Shown: in pieces, positions 1 through 11,800 of the stretch | How positions within the stretch are numbered: the stretch's first letter is position 1 | Layout: each line of letters begins with the position of its first letter | Origin: Catajapyx aquilonaris | Taxonomy: Eukaryota | Length of the DNA stretch: 40,498 bases | Direction of reading: 5' to 3' | Assembly: GCA_000934665.2 (NCBI GenBank) | Contig: JYFJ02003533.1 | Coordinates: 1 to 40,498 of the forward strand | Program-made: the position numbers and the translations under genes | Notes under the pieces: generated by a model | The model's database searches: none | Seen by the model: the letters and a program-made list of their open reading frames with translations, nothing else | Told to the model about the DNA's origin: nothing

Positions 1-202
1 AGAATATCCTGGTCAACAGTCACTCCTCTCCGGAGGTTACCTACCCATACCTGGTTATCCTTGCTACCTCTCTGGTTACCTTAAATTCCCTCCTTAATCT
101 TGCTATCCTCACGTACTCAGTTTTGCTTGCAAATAAACTTACTGTGCTTGAACAAACCCCACTTGCTTTTTCTTCAGTATGTACCCAGCCGCTCGGGTCA
201 CA
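1..202 (+). mobile_element. Possible 3' end of an LTR (solo or 3' LTR)
   Basis: AATAAA at 132-137 followed about 65 nt later by GGGTCACA, a CA end typical of LTRs. No PBS follows, and the 5' end is outside the window. Confidence 0.25.
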
Positions 203-381
203 ATACCTACAAACCTATTGGGTTCGATACCCTAAGCCCAAGATGATTATTTTATGTACAGTTGCCATTGGTCGATGTAAGTACGAGTAAAAGAGTAAGC
301 AACCGTAAGGGTTTGTGGGGTAAATAATTACTTAACACCATCTCTAAAGTAAGAGCTCCTTTCTCACCAATGTTCTTTCAG

Positions 382-552
382 GCGCTGAAGTACAAGTATG
401 TATATGAAGTGTTCAGCTATTCTGCACATCGTCTAGCGGCTCACATAGGCGCCATCATATCCCTGATGCTCGGGGCGTCGCTGCTCACCTTTGTTGAAAT
501 ATTCGAAATCCTCGTGCACTTCAAACTACGCTTCTTCGCCTCTCTACAGTAA
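382..552 (+). CDS. 3' exon of a DEG/ENaC (ASIC/pickpocket-like) channel encoding the pre-TM2/TM2 segment; upstream exons lie outside the window
   Basis: Acceptor ttctttcag ends at 381. Translation ALKYKYVYEVFSYSAHRLAAHIGAIISLMLGASLLTFVEIFE aligns without gaps to the family pattern Y..I.E...Y....LLGDIGGQMGLFIGASILT..E, including the GAS filter. Ends either at TAA 550-552 or at a CA|GTAAGT donor after 548. Confidence 0.75.
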   Translation, partial: ALKYKYVYEVFSYSAHRLAAHIGAIISLMLGASLLTFVEIFEILVHFKLRFFASLQ

Positions 553-1137
553 GTTTTAAAAATGCACTGCTCAACTGGTCCTCAGACAATTAATTATATA
601 TGGTGATCTCTTTTCTTTTAGTCGTAAGCGTAAGGCCAAACACCGTCCTCAATTCAAATTCAACGCCAGGTTGGTCTAAACTTTTGAAACAAAAAATCAG
701 CAGCATATTGTAAGAAAACAATAACTTGTGACCCGCAAAGTTATAAATAAATAGGAGACGAAAATTTCTCAGTGAAACGCGTCAGGACCGCTGCGAAGGA
801 CAGAACCCTCCACATTTCATAATGGCAGTTTAATTTCCCGTGGAAGGAGAGGGAAATTGGGCTTTGGGTCGAGAGGGACACTCCAAACACGACCACAGAG
901 CCTACCATTTTCCGATAGAGATCCACCTATTTTTTTCCTAGCTATTTTTTTTTTTCACCTCGCCATACAACTGGCACACAGCCCCTTGCCTCCCAGTGAA
1001 CTGGATGCGAAGGATATTCCAGATGCCAGCTGGACCTGACAGACTTATTAAGCCGTCGCCACACAAAAACTGGAAAAGAAATCCACCGCTGTTTACCCCC
1101 AGCAGCAGGGTCTCTTTGTTTCTCCAAGGCCAGGCCC

Positions 1138-1138
<1 letters not shown>

Positions 1139-1203
<65 letters not shown>
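1139..1203. repeat. (ATT)n microsatellite, about 21 units
   Basis: Directly visible. It generates the poly-N and poly-L pseudo-ORFs. Confidence 0.97.
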
Positions 1204-1825
1204 GAGTGAGCGGAATGCGTAAAATGTCGATATGCAAAGGCAACTAAGGCAAGCTGGATATCAGTATTTAACCAGTGAATTTGACTAATGAATGTTGTAG
1301 CTTTGTCAGAATTGTCTTGAGGGAAACCATTCTTGTAATATGATGCCATCAATAGTTATCAGCGATGTTGGCGTCAAAAACACGCGTCCCTCGCGTCCGC
1401 CTTCGCTGAAATACCAGGCTCCCTTAACCCAATGACCGGATTCCCCAAATTTCCAGAGCTGAACCCTTGATGAAAATGTTCAGGGTAAATAAATTCCTTC
1501 ACGATATGGTCGTGGGTGGAGAGGATTTTGGAATGCCATTCTTCATGCTATTCGTGGGGACTGAATAGAAGGCGAAGAAGAGGCTATTATGGCAGCTGGA
1601 AACGTGCTCGTCCTGCACAAGGTGATTCCAGAATCTGCCCGGAGGGATTTCCAATTATATTGAACGGAGAGGGAAAGGGGAGGGGGAGGGGGCGTAGAAT
1701 ACAGGGTTCCAAACCTGATATGAAATGGAACGTCATCAACATCTCAACTTTATACTAAATCTAATACGTCTCGCAAAATCAAAAGCTGTCATTGGACGGC
1801 ATTGTGAGTGTTTAAAATCATTTAA

Positions 1826-2053
1826 AGTAGGAGGGCAATTCCAAGGCGCAGCCGTCCGTACGTAACGCAAGTGTTGCCTACGTGCACAAGAGTATTTTAT
1901 TATAACAATGCCAGGATGCATGCACTGCATGCTTAATCCATTTCATGTAATGTGTGGGTATTGTTACAATAAAATACGCTAGTACATGTCTGCAAAACCT
2001 GCGTTACGTACGGACAATATGGCCGCCTTTCGTGGAATTGCCCAGGACCTACT
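1826..2053. mobile_element. Degenerate MITE/foldback with imperfect inverted arms of about 90 bp
   Basis: Left arm AGTAGG..GGGCAATTCCA..GTCCGTACGTAACGCA..GTATTTTATTATAACAAT matches the reverse complement of ATTGTTACAATAAAATAC..TGCGTTACGTACGGAC..TGGAATTGCCC..CCTACT. TTAA lies on the left flank. Confidence 0.8.
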
Positions 2054-3918
2054 GGTAAATTTTCTATGCAAAGTTGCGAGAGTAATTTTTATTGTTCCTA
2101 TACGTAACCATGTCTTAGCAAAATAATGCAACAACTTCATGGGGGCATTTTTCATGACATGTGCGATTTAGCATGTTAATTAGTTATTCATACTGAAATC
2201 AGAATATGACGGTAAAAATAAAAGATTACCTAATTACATAAGTTTTTCCGCCATGTGAAAAACATACACCAGTAAAATTATAACCCCTGACATAACGTAG
2301 ACTCGGTCAATATATCTCGTTTGATGTATCAAGCGTGAGTAATCGCTGCATAAGGGATTTGCCTTAGATCGGCAGCCATTATATTCCTGCCCATAGAATA
2401 TCATTCTGTGCATATCGTGTATTTCCCTGCAAAGCAGTATACTAATTAGAGTTGAATCGCTGTGACTAGATTGGCCTTCCTATAGAAAATTAACGATTCA
2501 TTACCATAAACGCTTCAACAAGCAGGTTTACTGTAATTCCGGTAAACATGTACTTCATAAATAAGCCAGGCAGAGTAACAGTACAATATCCGCTTCTGTT
2601 ACAATGAGTGTCTCTGCTTCATACGCCATTCTTTGTATGGCCACTATCAAAATTTCATCCATCCCAATGCACAGCTATAGCTGTGGTACGCTTCATTACA
2701 TCAGCCAACTAAACTGTTCCAAGAACAAGTCCTCTTCGGTACTCCTGTATCTCTTTGACATTTAAACCAGCGTGAATTTTGGTCTGCTCCATTGAATTTG
2801 CCCTCCCATCATATAGTCCGTGGTAATCTTTGGACGCCTTGTCGGTTAAGGGAATGTGTCTGCATTCCTCGGAGTAGAGATGAAGGATGTGGGCTTTATT
2901 ATAGAAGCCAGCAGCAGCACCTCTTCCTCCCTTTGGCCTTACGTAGTAGGAATAATGAGCAGTGGTGCAAGTGGGGAGTCCTTTTATGAGAAGCCGGAAA
3001 GGGAGGAAGGAATGGAAGTGGAACTTGAAAGGAATTAAAGGAATTCTGGCCTAGGTTTCACCACGGCATAGAGGGCAGCCTGAATTTTTGTGGCCCTGGT
3101 TAGGAAGCACAACCCATATTGAAGAACTAAATATTGATTTTATCTAGCCCCATTGCTAAAAATTTATATGTATATTTAAAATGGTCCATGCATATATCAT
3201 ATTGCAGTCTAATTTACTGACATAACGATAATTCTTAATTTTAGTCATTTCTGAATACTGGCGTTTGTCAAATAAATGTATTGTCACTGGTGGATAAATC
3301 GTGGTTTCACGCAAGTTTGGTTGCAGGTCTCTAAAGGTGAATTACATGGAAAAGTATTGACCAACCAGCCACAAATGTGGTCGTAAAATCAAGGTCATAG
3401 TTTCCCTATGGAGATTTGAAAGTATAATGTAATTACGGTTTGAGCTCGATTGGAAGCGGAAGGCTCCTCTACATCGCGCAGATGAAAGAACTGAGGATAT
3501 ATCAAGTAGCATTATGCACGTATTTGTGCCATGAAACTCCCAATTTGTCGCAAGGAAAAATGCAAATTGCCACCATAGATACTCACATCCGAGATTTCAA
3601 AGATGGATCATCTCCGTAAATGCAATTGAACACCAGTAGTGTCAGAAAATGCGTTTGTACTCTAGTAATTTGACCCGCTCCAACATTTACGTCCAGGATG
3701 TAACTCTCTTGTAATCAACACAATAGGTGCAGAATAATATTCATTAAAATCATTCATTATGACCCAATTTTAACAACCCCTTGCCTCTCGAATCGTAAGA
3801 ATGTCTTTCATAGCATGTGTTTAAAGTATGAATTTATAAGGTATTTATAAGGCTGCATCATTTGCATTAAACGACGCTTCATTTGTAAATTACTCTGCTA
3901 TTACCCCTCCCATCCTTA

Positions 3919-4130
3919 GTGGACATGGTGCATATAGGTAGCGTATTGGTCTCAGGGGGACAAAGTTCCCGGAGTAAAAGTGTTCCAAACTAAGTAAATG
4001 AAGTTCAGCCACTGCAACATTCCGCACAGGGAATCAGGTGTACTCAAAAATTTCCCCTGTCGTTGCTGTCCTCGTTAGTTAGGCAACAATATCAGTGGGT
4101 TTATACAGTTACGACGTAAAAGGCAACTAA
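3919..4130 (+). mobile_element. Possible decayed tRNA-derived SINE fragment
   Basis: A-box-like TGGTGCATATAGGTAGCG followed by a degenerate GTTCCCGG B-box remnant. No TSD found. Confidence 0.25.
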
Positions 4131-4924
4131 CGGCACGCGCTTTTGTTATAGGAGTGCCAGACTCAAATATTCATGAAGAATGTATGAGACGCATCCGGTG
4201 GTCTGACCGTAGTTAATCTGCGTCTGGCCAGCCAGGACTTGAGGACGGGGAAAAAGAGGCAGCAAAGTGCCAATTATTAGCGGGTGATGGATGACCAGGC
4301 TCTGGGAAAATGCCAAGGGCGGCGCCAATCCTTTCCCAACGAACTATTTCTCATGTGCAAAGAAGGTGAACCTTGCTTGTGACTGAGGGGGGCAGGACGG
4401 ACGGACAAGAGAAGCCTTTCCCAGCCACTGCCTTCCTTGCATGCCAATTGGAAGGGAATTGCTCTCCTCGTGGACCTATATTCAGTCCAGCCAAATCAAA
4501 TGCGACTAACTTGTTGCAGCCAGTGCTGCTTCCAAGAATGAGAGAAGGCTACGACCACCTGTCCACTATGAGATGGCATTACCGTGACCTGATTTGCAAC
4601 TATGGACTCTCATCGGTATTAATTAATAAACCGTCAGTTATCGCGACATGCGACATTTGAGATGTCCATCATGGTGACATCATTCATCGAACCGAATGCC
4701 CCTTCCGGTCTACAGTTGCTAAAAATCAGCTTTGTACTACACAGCATATTGGGTAGAGTTGTGTATGGTTATGAATATGAAGTTTTGACATTATCTGGAT
4801 GTTGTCGAAATGTTCTACGATATTGCGTATGATAGGCCTACAACTTCATTCCCACAATAATGTGGTTTCTCTCCCTTCGTCGCATACACTTGTTACTAAT
4901 TACCTATGACTTTATCCACTCAAC

Positions 4925-5800
4925 CGGCTATAAGCGCTTCATGCAAGGCTTCATGACGCCTAGAAACGCAAGACTCACAGTCAGCTACTAATATTCTCGG
5001 CACTGTCTTTTCGGCCCATTGAATCGGTGAGAAGGAGGAACATCAACCTGTGGCAGTATCATCGTGTTTCGCCCTAGTCTAAAGACTTGAGCTTTATCCT
5101 TGAAGGACCGCAAACCTCGTGCCGTTCCTGCCCACCACAGAGGCTAATTGGCAGGAGCCTCGAGACTGACCGGCCTCGGTCGGACGGGACATGCCGGAGT
5201 CCTCCAAATCGGTGTGTCCGAATTTGACTGCGACATGACAGGTGAGTGGCATTCCTGGAAGCTCCAGAGTGGATGTGAGATTGTACATCCCGCGGCGCAG
5301 GAATATCCTGCAGGACCCCGCCTTTAGCCCCCACCTGTCCCTCCCTCCAACTCTCTCCCTCATCCAGCCAGCCAGGCCCGCCCGCCAACACCCCCTCTGC
5401 CTCCTGTAGGTATAGAGTATGGAGCCTGGGAAGCTGCGCTGATTTGGGGCAGTGGCGGCCCAGGAGGCGGGGGAAGCGGGCGGGCGCCTCTTCCAGCAGC
5501 CAGCCAGCCTCCGGAGCTGGCCAGAGGGGGCGCCTCTGGGCCTCTCCTCTCCCCCCCCCTCCCCTTCCCCCCTCCCTCCCTCCCTCCCCCCAACCCAACC
5601 CACCCACCCATCCATCCCACCCACACACCCAAACCCCCCTTTACTAACCCCCCCACCATCGGAGCCACGGACGATCCTCCTGAGGAGCAACCCCAAGGAG
5701 GAGGAAGCAGCCACCAATCCTCCCACACCATCATCTTCCGCCATGCTGTGAACAACCCCCGACGACCACCACCACCACCCGACCCTATCACCCAGGTAGG
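4925..5800 (+). promoter_or_regulatory. GC/CpG-rich island; candidate promoter and non-coding first exon(s), possibly of VMAT
   Basis: Local GC and CpG rise, TATA-like CTATAAG at about 4928, GC boxes, and strong donors ACAG|GTGAGT (5241/5242) and CCAG|GTAGGT (5795/5796). Linkage to VMAT is inference: its first coding exon starts at an acceptor (18497), so an upstream exon is needed. Confidence 0.45.
5540..5656. repeat. C-rich low-complexity tract (CCCT/CCCA runs); G-quadruplex-prone on the minus strand
   Basis: More than 12 runs of three or more C, with no G between 5541 and 5656. Confidence 0.85.
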
Positions 5801-8800
5801 TAGGTGCCTCCTACTCTCCCTAGGCGGCACTCTCGGCGACCTCTGAGTCGTTTCGGTAGTCCACGCCGCCATAGTTACGTATACAACCAACTTTAGACCG
5901 CCGGCACTTTTTAAGACATACTTGGACGATATATTGCTCGTTAATTTCCTTTGTTGCCCTTTGGGATGATCATTACATCCAGGCGTTACTCGTCGCGCTT
6001 GTAATCCCCGGTGGGGAGTGATTGTGTGCAAACCATGACTAGACACAATAATTACCATGTTCGTGCTCTGTCAAAACTGCGTATGCACGTGTCTCATGTT
6101 ATCACAAATGACTGATTCCGTTGTTGGGCACTTTCGTTGCCTTCTCCGCTGTGCAATGAGTAATGACAAATGAGGCCTCCGAGCATAAGAGGAGGAATTT
6201 GTGACCAAGTACTTCTCTATATCTTTGCTGTACGATTCTACGTATGTTATAACTTATTCTTCAGCACGTTGTGTGTAATAAATGACAAATACTCTCATCA
6301 GTGAGGCACATATCAATCAAGTATCACATATCAGGACGAACATGTGAATATGATATTTGATGAACTCAAAATGCGACTTCCTATAGCGACGGAATCAGTA
6401 CACGGACCTGCACGATAATTCCTTGAGATACTGTAGTTTTATACGGGTACTCGATACAAAAGTCATACGCAAGGCATAAGACAAATCAGATCAATTTATT
6501 TTAATTCACTAATTGCTTCTGTTAATCGCCGGAGAAATTATTTCAACACACTGTGCACTTGGAATAAAAAAATGTGTTCCACAATTAGCAAAGGCCTGTA
6601 GACCAGAATATTCAATTCGAAGCAGGCTAATTGCACAAAAACATCGTTTCGACGAATCAGGCTTCCCTTATGGCTCCACCAAATGGGATGCAAATGCATG
6701 TCAATTGATCACAGCACCTGCACAATTCAGTTGTCACTCTGAATGCAAAAGAGGTTGCGCTTTGCAATGTATGCCGCCACTCTCCAACAGTTTATGTTCC
6801 CAAATTGGGTAGTTTTATCTCTCTATTTTACCACCGATTTCTTTTTCCTCTTCGTCATCTCGAAAGGCACGAGATATCTGGTTGGCAGCATTCAATTACT
6901 CCTGAGAAGTGGTTCAACTGATGCTCTACGAAGCAATAGGACTCGATTCCCAAGTTGTGAAGAGAAAGTTGAGGAGGTTTTTGTTCCTTGGTTAAAAACA
7001 GCTCCAGTTTAATTCCTACCTCTTTTGTTGGCGTTCGCTTCTGCCTACAACACCTGGATCCGCAGCCAAGATGACGAATTGTGCGGTTCCTTTTCACAGA
7101 TCAAAAGGCTCAGGCCAAGAGAGCATACGAGTCCCTTTCAAGCCTCAACGGCAGCGAGAATTGGGCTACGTTTCACGGTTAATTAAATTCTACCCACTCC
7201 TCCTCCATGCCCCATTTATTCCTTGCCCATCCCCCTGATGGTAACTCCCCATCCTCCCCTTTTCATACCTGTTGCGTTCGCTGGACAATATTACGAACGT
7301 GCACGCGCATTTTGCACTGAAAATTGCAAAAAAATAATAATCAGTTGGCGTATATACGTGCCCCACTTTTGCGGGGACTAGCAAATGCCACGGTAATTAA
7401 TTTTGGGTCGCAATTATTCACGCTCCCATTTTAATATTCGAATGTGAATAATTGTTACGGAATTATTCAAAATTATTACCTGATGCGTTTCCAAGTGAAT
7501 ATTAATGTTCTGCGACATGGACTGGAAAAGGTAGTGAATGCGGATGCACTTAATATGGCTTTCTCTAGCCTCATGTATAGTACTGTTCCATAGCCCGGTG
7601 CGAAGCAAATGTAGTCGCTGGCTTTCAATCTGCGTGAATAGCACTGCTGAGCTTTTTTGTCGGTACTAATTTCAGATCGTCCTGGCATATTTTTAACCCC
7701 CACTGGGACCTGTTTCATAATTTAAACTCGAAGCATACCTGGCCCAGAGCGAGCTGCAATCGATCAAGTATAAAAGCGAACGTCCTGCAGAGTAATGCCA
7801 GTGTCAAAAATTTAAATAATCATCTGGTTATTTCATTCTTGGGAATGTTTGTAGCCTAAAAATTGGAAACCCAGTCACTGATTTTAAAATCCCTAGGAGA
7901 AAAATAATATAATTGCAGTGTCCCTATGTATAGCTTTTGATTCATCGCAGTAACTTGCGTTGCCTTATCTTTTGAACTAAGAATAGGGTACCTGTAGCTC
8001 GTCTTGCTATGAAGTATCAATTAATAGCCTCTTTTGGTGAAAGAAAAATTAACATCGGCATAACATTTCCTTACAATAGTAACAAGTGCCAAGTGTAAGT
8101 TGAAATCAGCATAGTTCACAAGTGAGATGTTCAGGAGAAGAAATTCGGACTTTTGTGATTTTATGAAAGTAAAGCATGGAATAAAATACTTCTCGATTGG
8201 TGTATACCCGTATACCGACTATGCTACGATCCTCACCGAATGCGGTACGGTATATACAGTACGCAGGCCATGCGTTCACTAGGGAGCAACCTGACGAGGC
8301 TGAATACGAGCCGAGACACCTAACACTGGAGCTTCTCTGCCTCTAATCAGTCTAATACTCTAATGTAATATGCACGAGCCCCATCTGCTTCATATTATGT
8401 GCTATTCATTTCCGAATAGATGATGCTGGTGTTACAGTATAGTAAAGCTATTGTTTTCGAGTATTCAGCACCCACACGCGGTCTTCTTAATGTCTTCTTG
8501 ACTGATATAATCTATAACGTTCGATTCATATGCTTGCTCCATTTTGCCGCTTACATTGGTACTGTTACTACTGTACATATCAGTATTGGATGAAATAACT
8601 TTTGGAATTTTAAAACATTGAAGTACGGAACGCGCGCGGAGAGCTTATAGTGGTGTGTGCGGGATAGTCATCACTTCAAGATCACAGTAACGGTTAAAGT
8701 CATAAGGTAAGTGGGGATATTATGAGAATCGAGTTTCAAATTTCTTGCAGCTTTAGGAACCACATGTGATACACTGTGTACGTGGGATACTATCTATTTT

Positions 8801-11800
8801 AGATTTAGGAAATCAAGGAGAGAGCATGTTGCAAATGTCATAAGGAAAAGTAACAGTAAAGAATTAAAGTCATTACATTAGGCCCATCTTACATGTACTG
8901 ATGAAGGTAGCTTGTTGGGGGAACATGACGCAAATTATCATGTTCCGCAATTTAATGTATTGTTTCTAATCCACCTTCCGATTTTAACCAATCCGTAAAG
9001 TGTTTAAAACATCAATCCGCACTAAGCAATATTGTACTGTATTTCTGTCGCGCAATTTCCGTCGTGACCTACATCCACTCGGCAAAATTGACTTACGTTT
9101 AATACCGGTACTGTGCAACGAAGGTGGCTTATCCGACGAAGCTTTTTTCCGTCAGATCCCCTTTGGGTATTCCGTGAAGGGAAGAAACGGTGTTTGGCAC
9201 CACCATCCGTTGCTCAAGTTAAGAAGTAAGCGAAGGTGCGCATCTCTCTCCCATCTAATCTAATATGAGAGGAAGCCTCATTAAAACAGCCTCCTGCAAG
9301 GTATGGCTGATTCAGTCTTTGATCAAAGCTTACTGCAACCAAACCTGCCACACAGTACAGGCTGGTCTTGGGCCACATGATAATCTATTCATCCCATATT
9401 TGATTCTGCACTGAGAAACCAAACCCCAGAGTACCTGATCCGCCCCGAAAATAGCCCAAGGTCTCCAACGCCAACTGTATAATTGCTGTTTTAAAGTGAT
9501 TTAGTTGTGATACGGACCTAATCCAGTAAGTCTGCGTCGTCAACAGTACATCTTCCGTATCCGTGAGCACCTGCTCCATGAAACCTCCCGAAGAGCTCAG
9601 GAAACAAATTTCAGGAGCATTAATTAATGCGGTCTGGGCTCCGTAATGAGAGTCTTGTAGCTAATTAATTCCCGGTGAGATTTGTTCCTAGGGAGAGTTT
9701 AAGCAGCGGGGAATCCCAATGAGAGTAAATCATTGGGAATTTTGGTTCGAGATGAAGGATTAATCTGGAAAGACTCTTTCCCCTTTGACTCGGCGTCTGT
9801 CTATTCTCCAGAAGACTAATGTCGCTCCTGCACGTGACTTGAACCTAAATGCTTGATCAACAGGTTGTTGTCAAAGAAGAACTAAGACACTCAAGACAGA
9901 GTTCAAGATCGGCTTGCCCGTTAATTTGTCGGGTTGGGTTACTGAATTAATTAGAGGTTGTAGCAGGAAAAGATGCGCTATTGAAACTGGAAGGAATAGA
10001 AATATAAATACTGAATAAAATTTTCTTCGGTTGAGTCAAATAAGACTGTAGGTTTGTGTTCAATTTGCTCATAGTCAACGTTGTGTGCTATAAAGCGAAA
10101 ACTTTATCATCATTGTCGCATGAGTATTGATATTTCCTTTTTCTATTTGACTACTACGTTAATATTAACAGCAATAGTTCTTGTGTAACCGATACATACA
10201 GTGAAGAGTGCACTTAATAATGTGGTGGAGAGAGATTTGCTTGTTCACACCATTTACTCAGACTGAACAAATCGGATAGACGTATACACAAGAGCTTTGC
10301 TGCGATGCGATACTCCGCCAGAAGTATAACTTATGGGGGCAAAGTCGATACAGCATTTATCCGAAAGTACCGGTACTGTATATGGACAAAGCGGATTATC
10401 GTGGCATTTTAGGGGGGAAATCAAACTCTGTAGAATAAGTATGTACGGGCGACTATATCGAATCAAATGAAGTCAAATATCAGTTAGCATCACACATAAT
10501 CAGAAATTCTTGGTTAATTTTCTTGCGAAGGGTTATCGCCCTCAGCAAATTTTAGTCTGTAACGTTTATTCCACACGCGCTGTATTTCCCTACAGGTTAT
10601 GGTATGCAGTATCTGGTTAAACCATAAGCACACAAAATTTCACAGCGCAAGCAAGCCGAGGACTTTGGCTAAAACCAGCCTAAACCCCCAAATGACAGAC
10701 CTGGCGAACGATTCAGTCCCCCCCCCCTCCCCCCNCACTAATACCCAAGTTACAAAGCAGGGTAGTATTTTTGGGCAGATGATGCTGGGGAAGTGTTGAG
10801 GCCCAAGTGTCAATATTGACTTGTTGGCCCAGTTGGGAAGCACTTTCATCACGTGCTGGCCCAGGCCAATCAAACTGGTTAGAATCCCCACTAATTTGTG
10901 TCGTTAACACGTGCAAAGTGGATTGCTTAGATGCGCATTGCCCTGAAAGTGACGTCACCGGTTTACACAAAGTTGGCCGAGAGAGACCCATAGAAACTAT
11001 CTTAGCCTTCCGCAAGCTTGACCCCAACAAACTTAATTAACCCTGGGGCAACACCTTTAATCGAGTCCGACTCTAACTATATCTGTACCTTAAGCCTCGA
11101 CTTTCCAAACGGACCTGCTGGTATCAAGTGTTATTCAAGCACGGTTGCCTGGGTCTCGCATTTCCACATTAATCAACCGAAATCCTCCCCTCGGAAGCCT
11201 CTGAACAATTGGCAAGATGGACCATTTATCTTCCACTTTGGTGTTGCTCACGGTATGTATTAATAATAGTCTCCGGAGAGACTCTCTGCTGCACCACCAA
11301 GTTCAACTCTGTATCAGCGGTAGGCAAGCCACTTCCCTTGCATCATAATGAGGACCGTGATGATGATGACGGTGTTGACTGCCGGTGGTCGCATCGCTCC
11401 ACTTCATAACAGTGTCGCATTTTCATCGGCAGTGACGATGTTTGCAACACTTGCAGCTGATATTCGATATGATATGCTATATTTTGTACAGTACAGTATA
11501 CTTAAAAGTTCCTTCTCTACAGATATATACAACAGGTATGAGTAGAGGCCATTCGCTGTTCCCATCCACCTGACCACACCTTTATTGTAAGAAATTAGGG
11601 TCTTCCAAACGGTACCTGCTTTTAAGCATCTTAACCTTTTATACAGCGTTAATTACTGCGGCAGACACGTAACATTTCCTCTCTGTTATCTAAAGGCCTT
11701 CTAGAGCATCCCACTAAACTGGAAAATCCCATAGAAGCAATCCGAGGCGGTAATCCGGATGCCATAAAATTTAACGACCATTAAAAACGGCCCGGTTTCA

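Noticed and set aside
938..1247. Poly-Asn and poly-Leu ORFs
   Set aside because: Translation of the (ATT)n microsatellite.
2060..3700. Old DNA-transposon-like relic sequence (similar texture at about 7850-8160, 11700-12240, 20280-20560 and 28140-28900)
   Set aside because: No TIR pair or TSD could be fixed by eye; a repeat library is needed.
5074..6058. Long overlapping Gly- or Pro-rich ORFs (184-232 aa)
   Set aside because: Stop-poor GC-rich low-complexity sequence open in several frames on both strands, with no domain signal.
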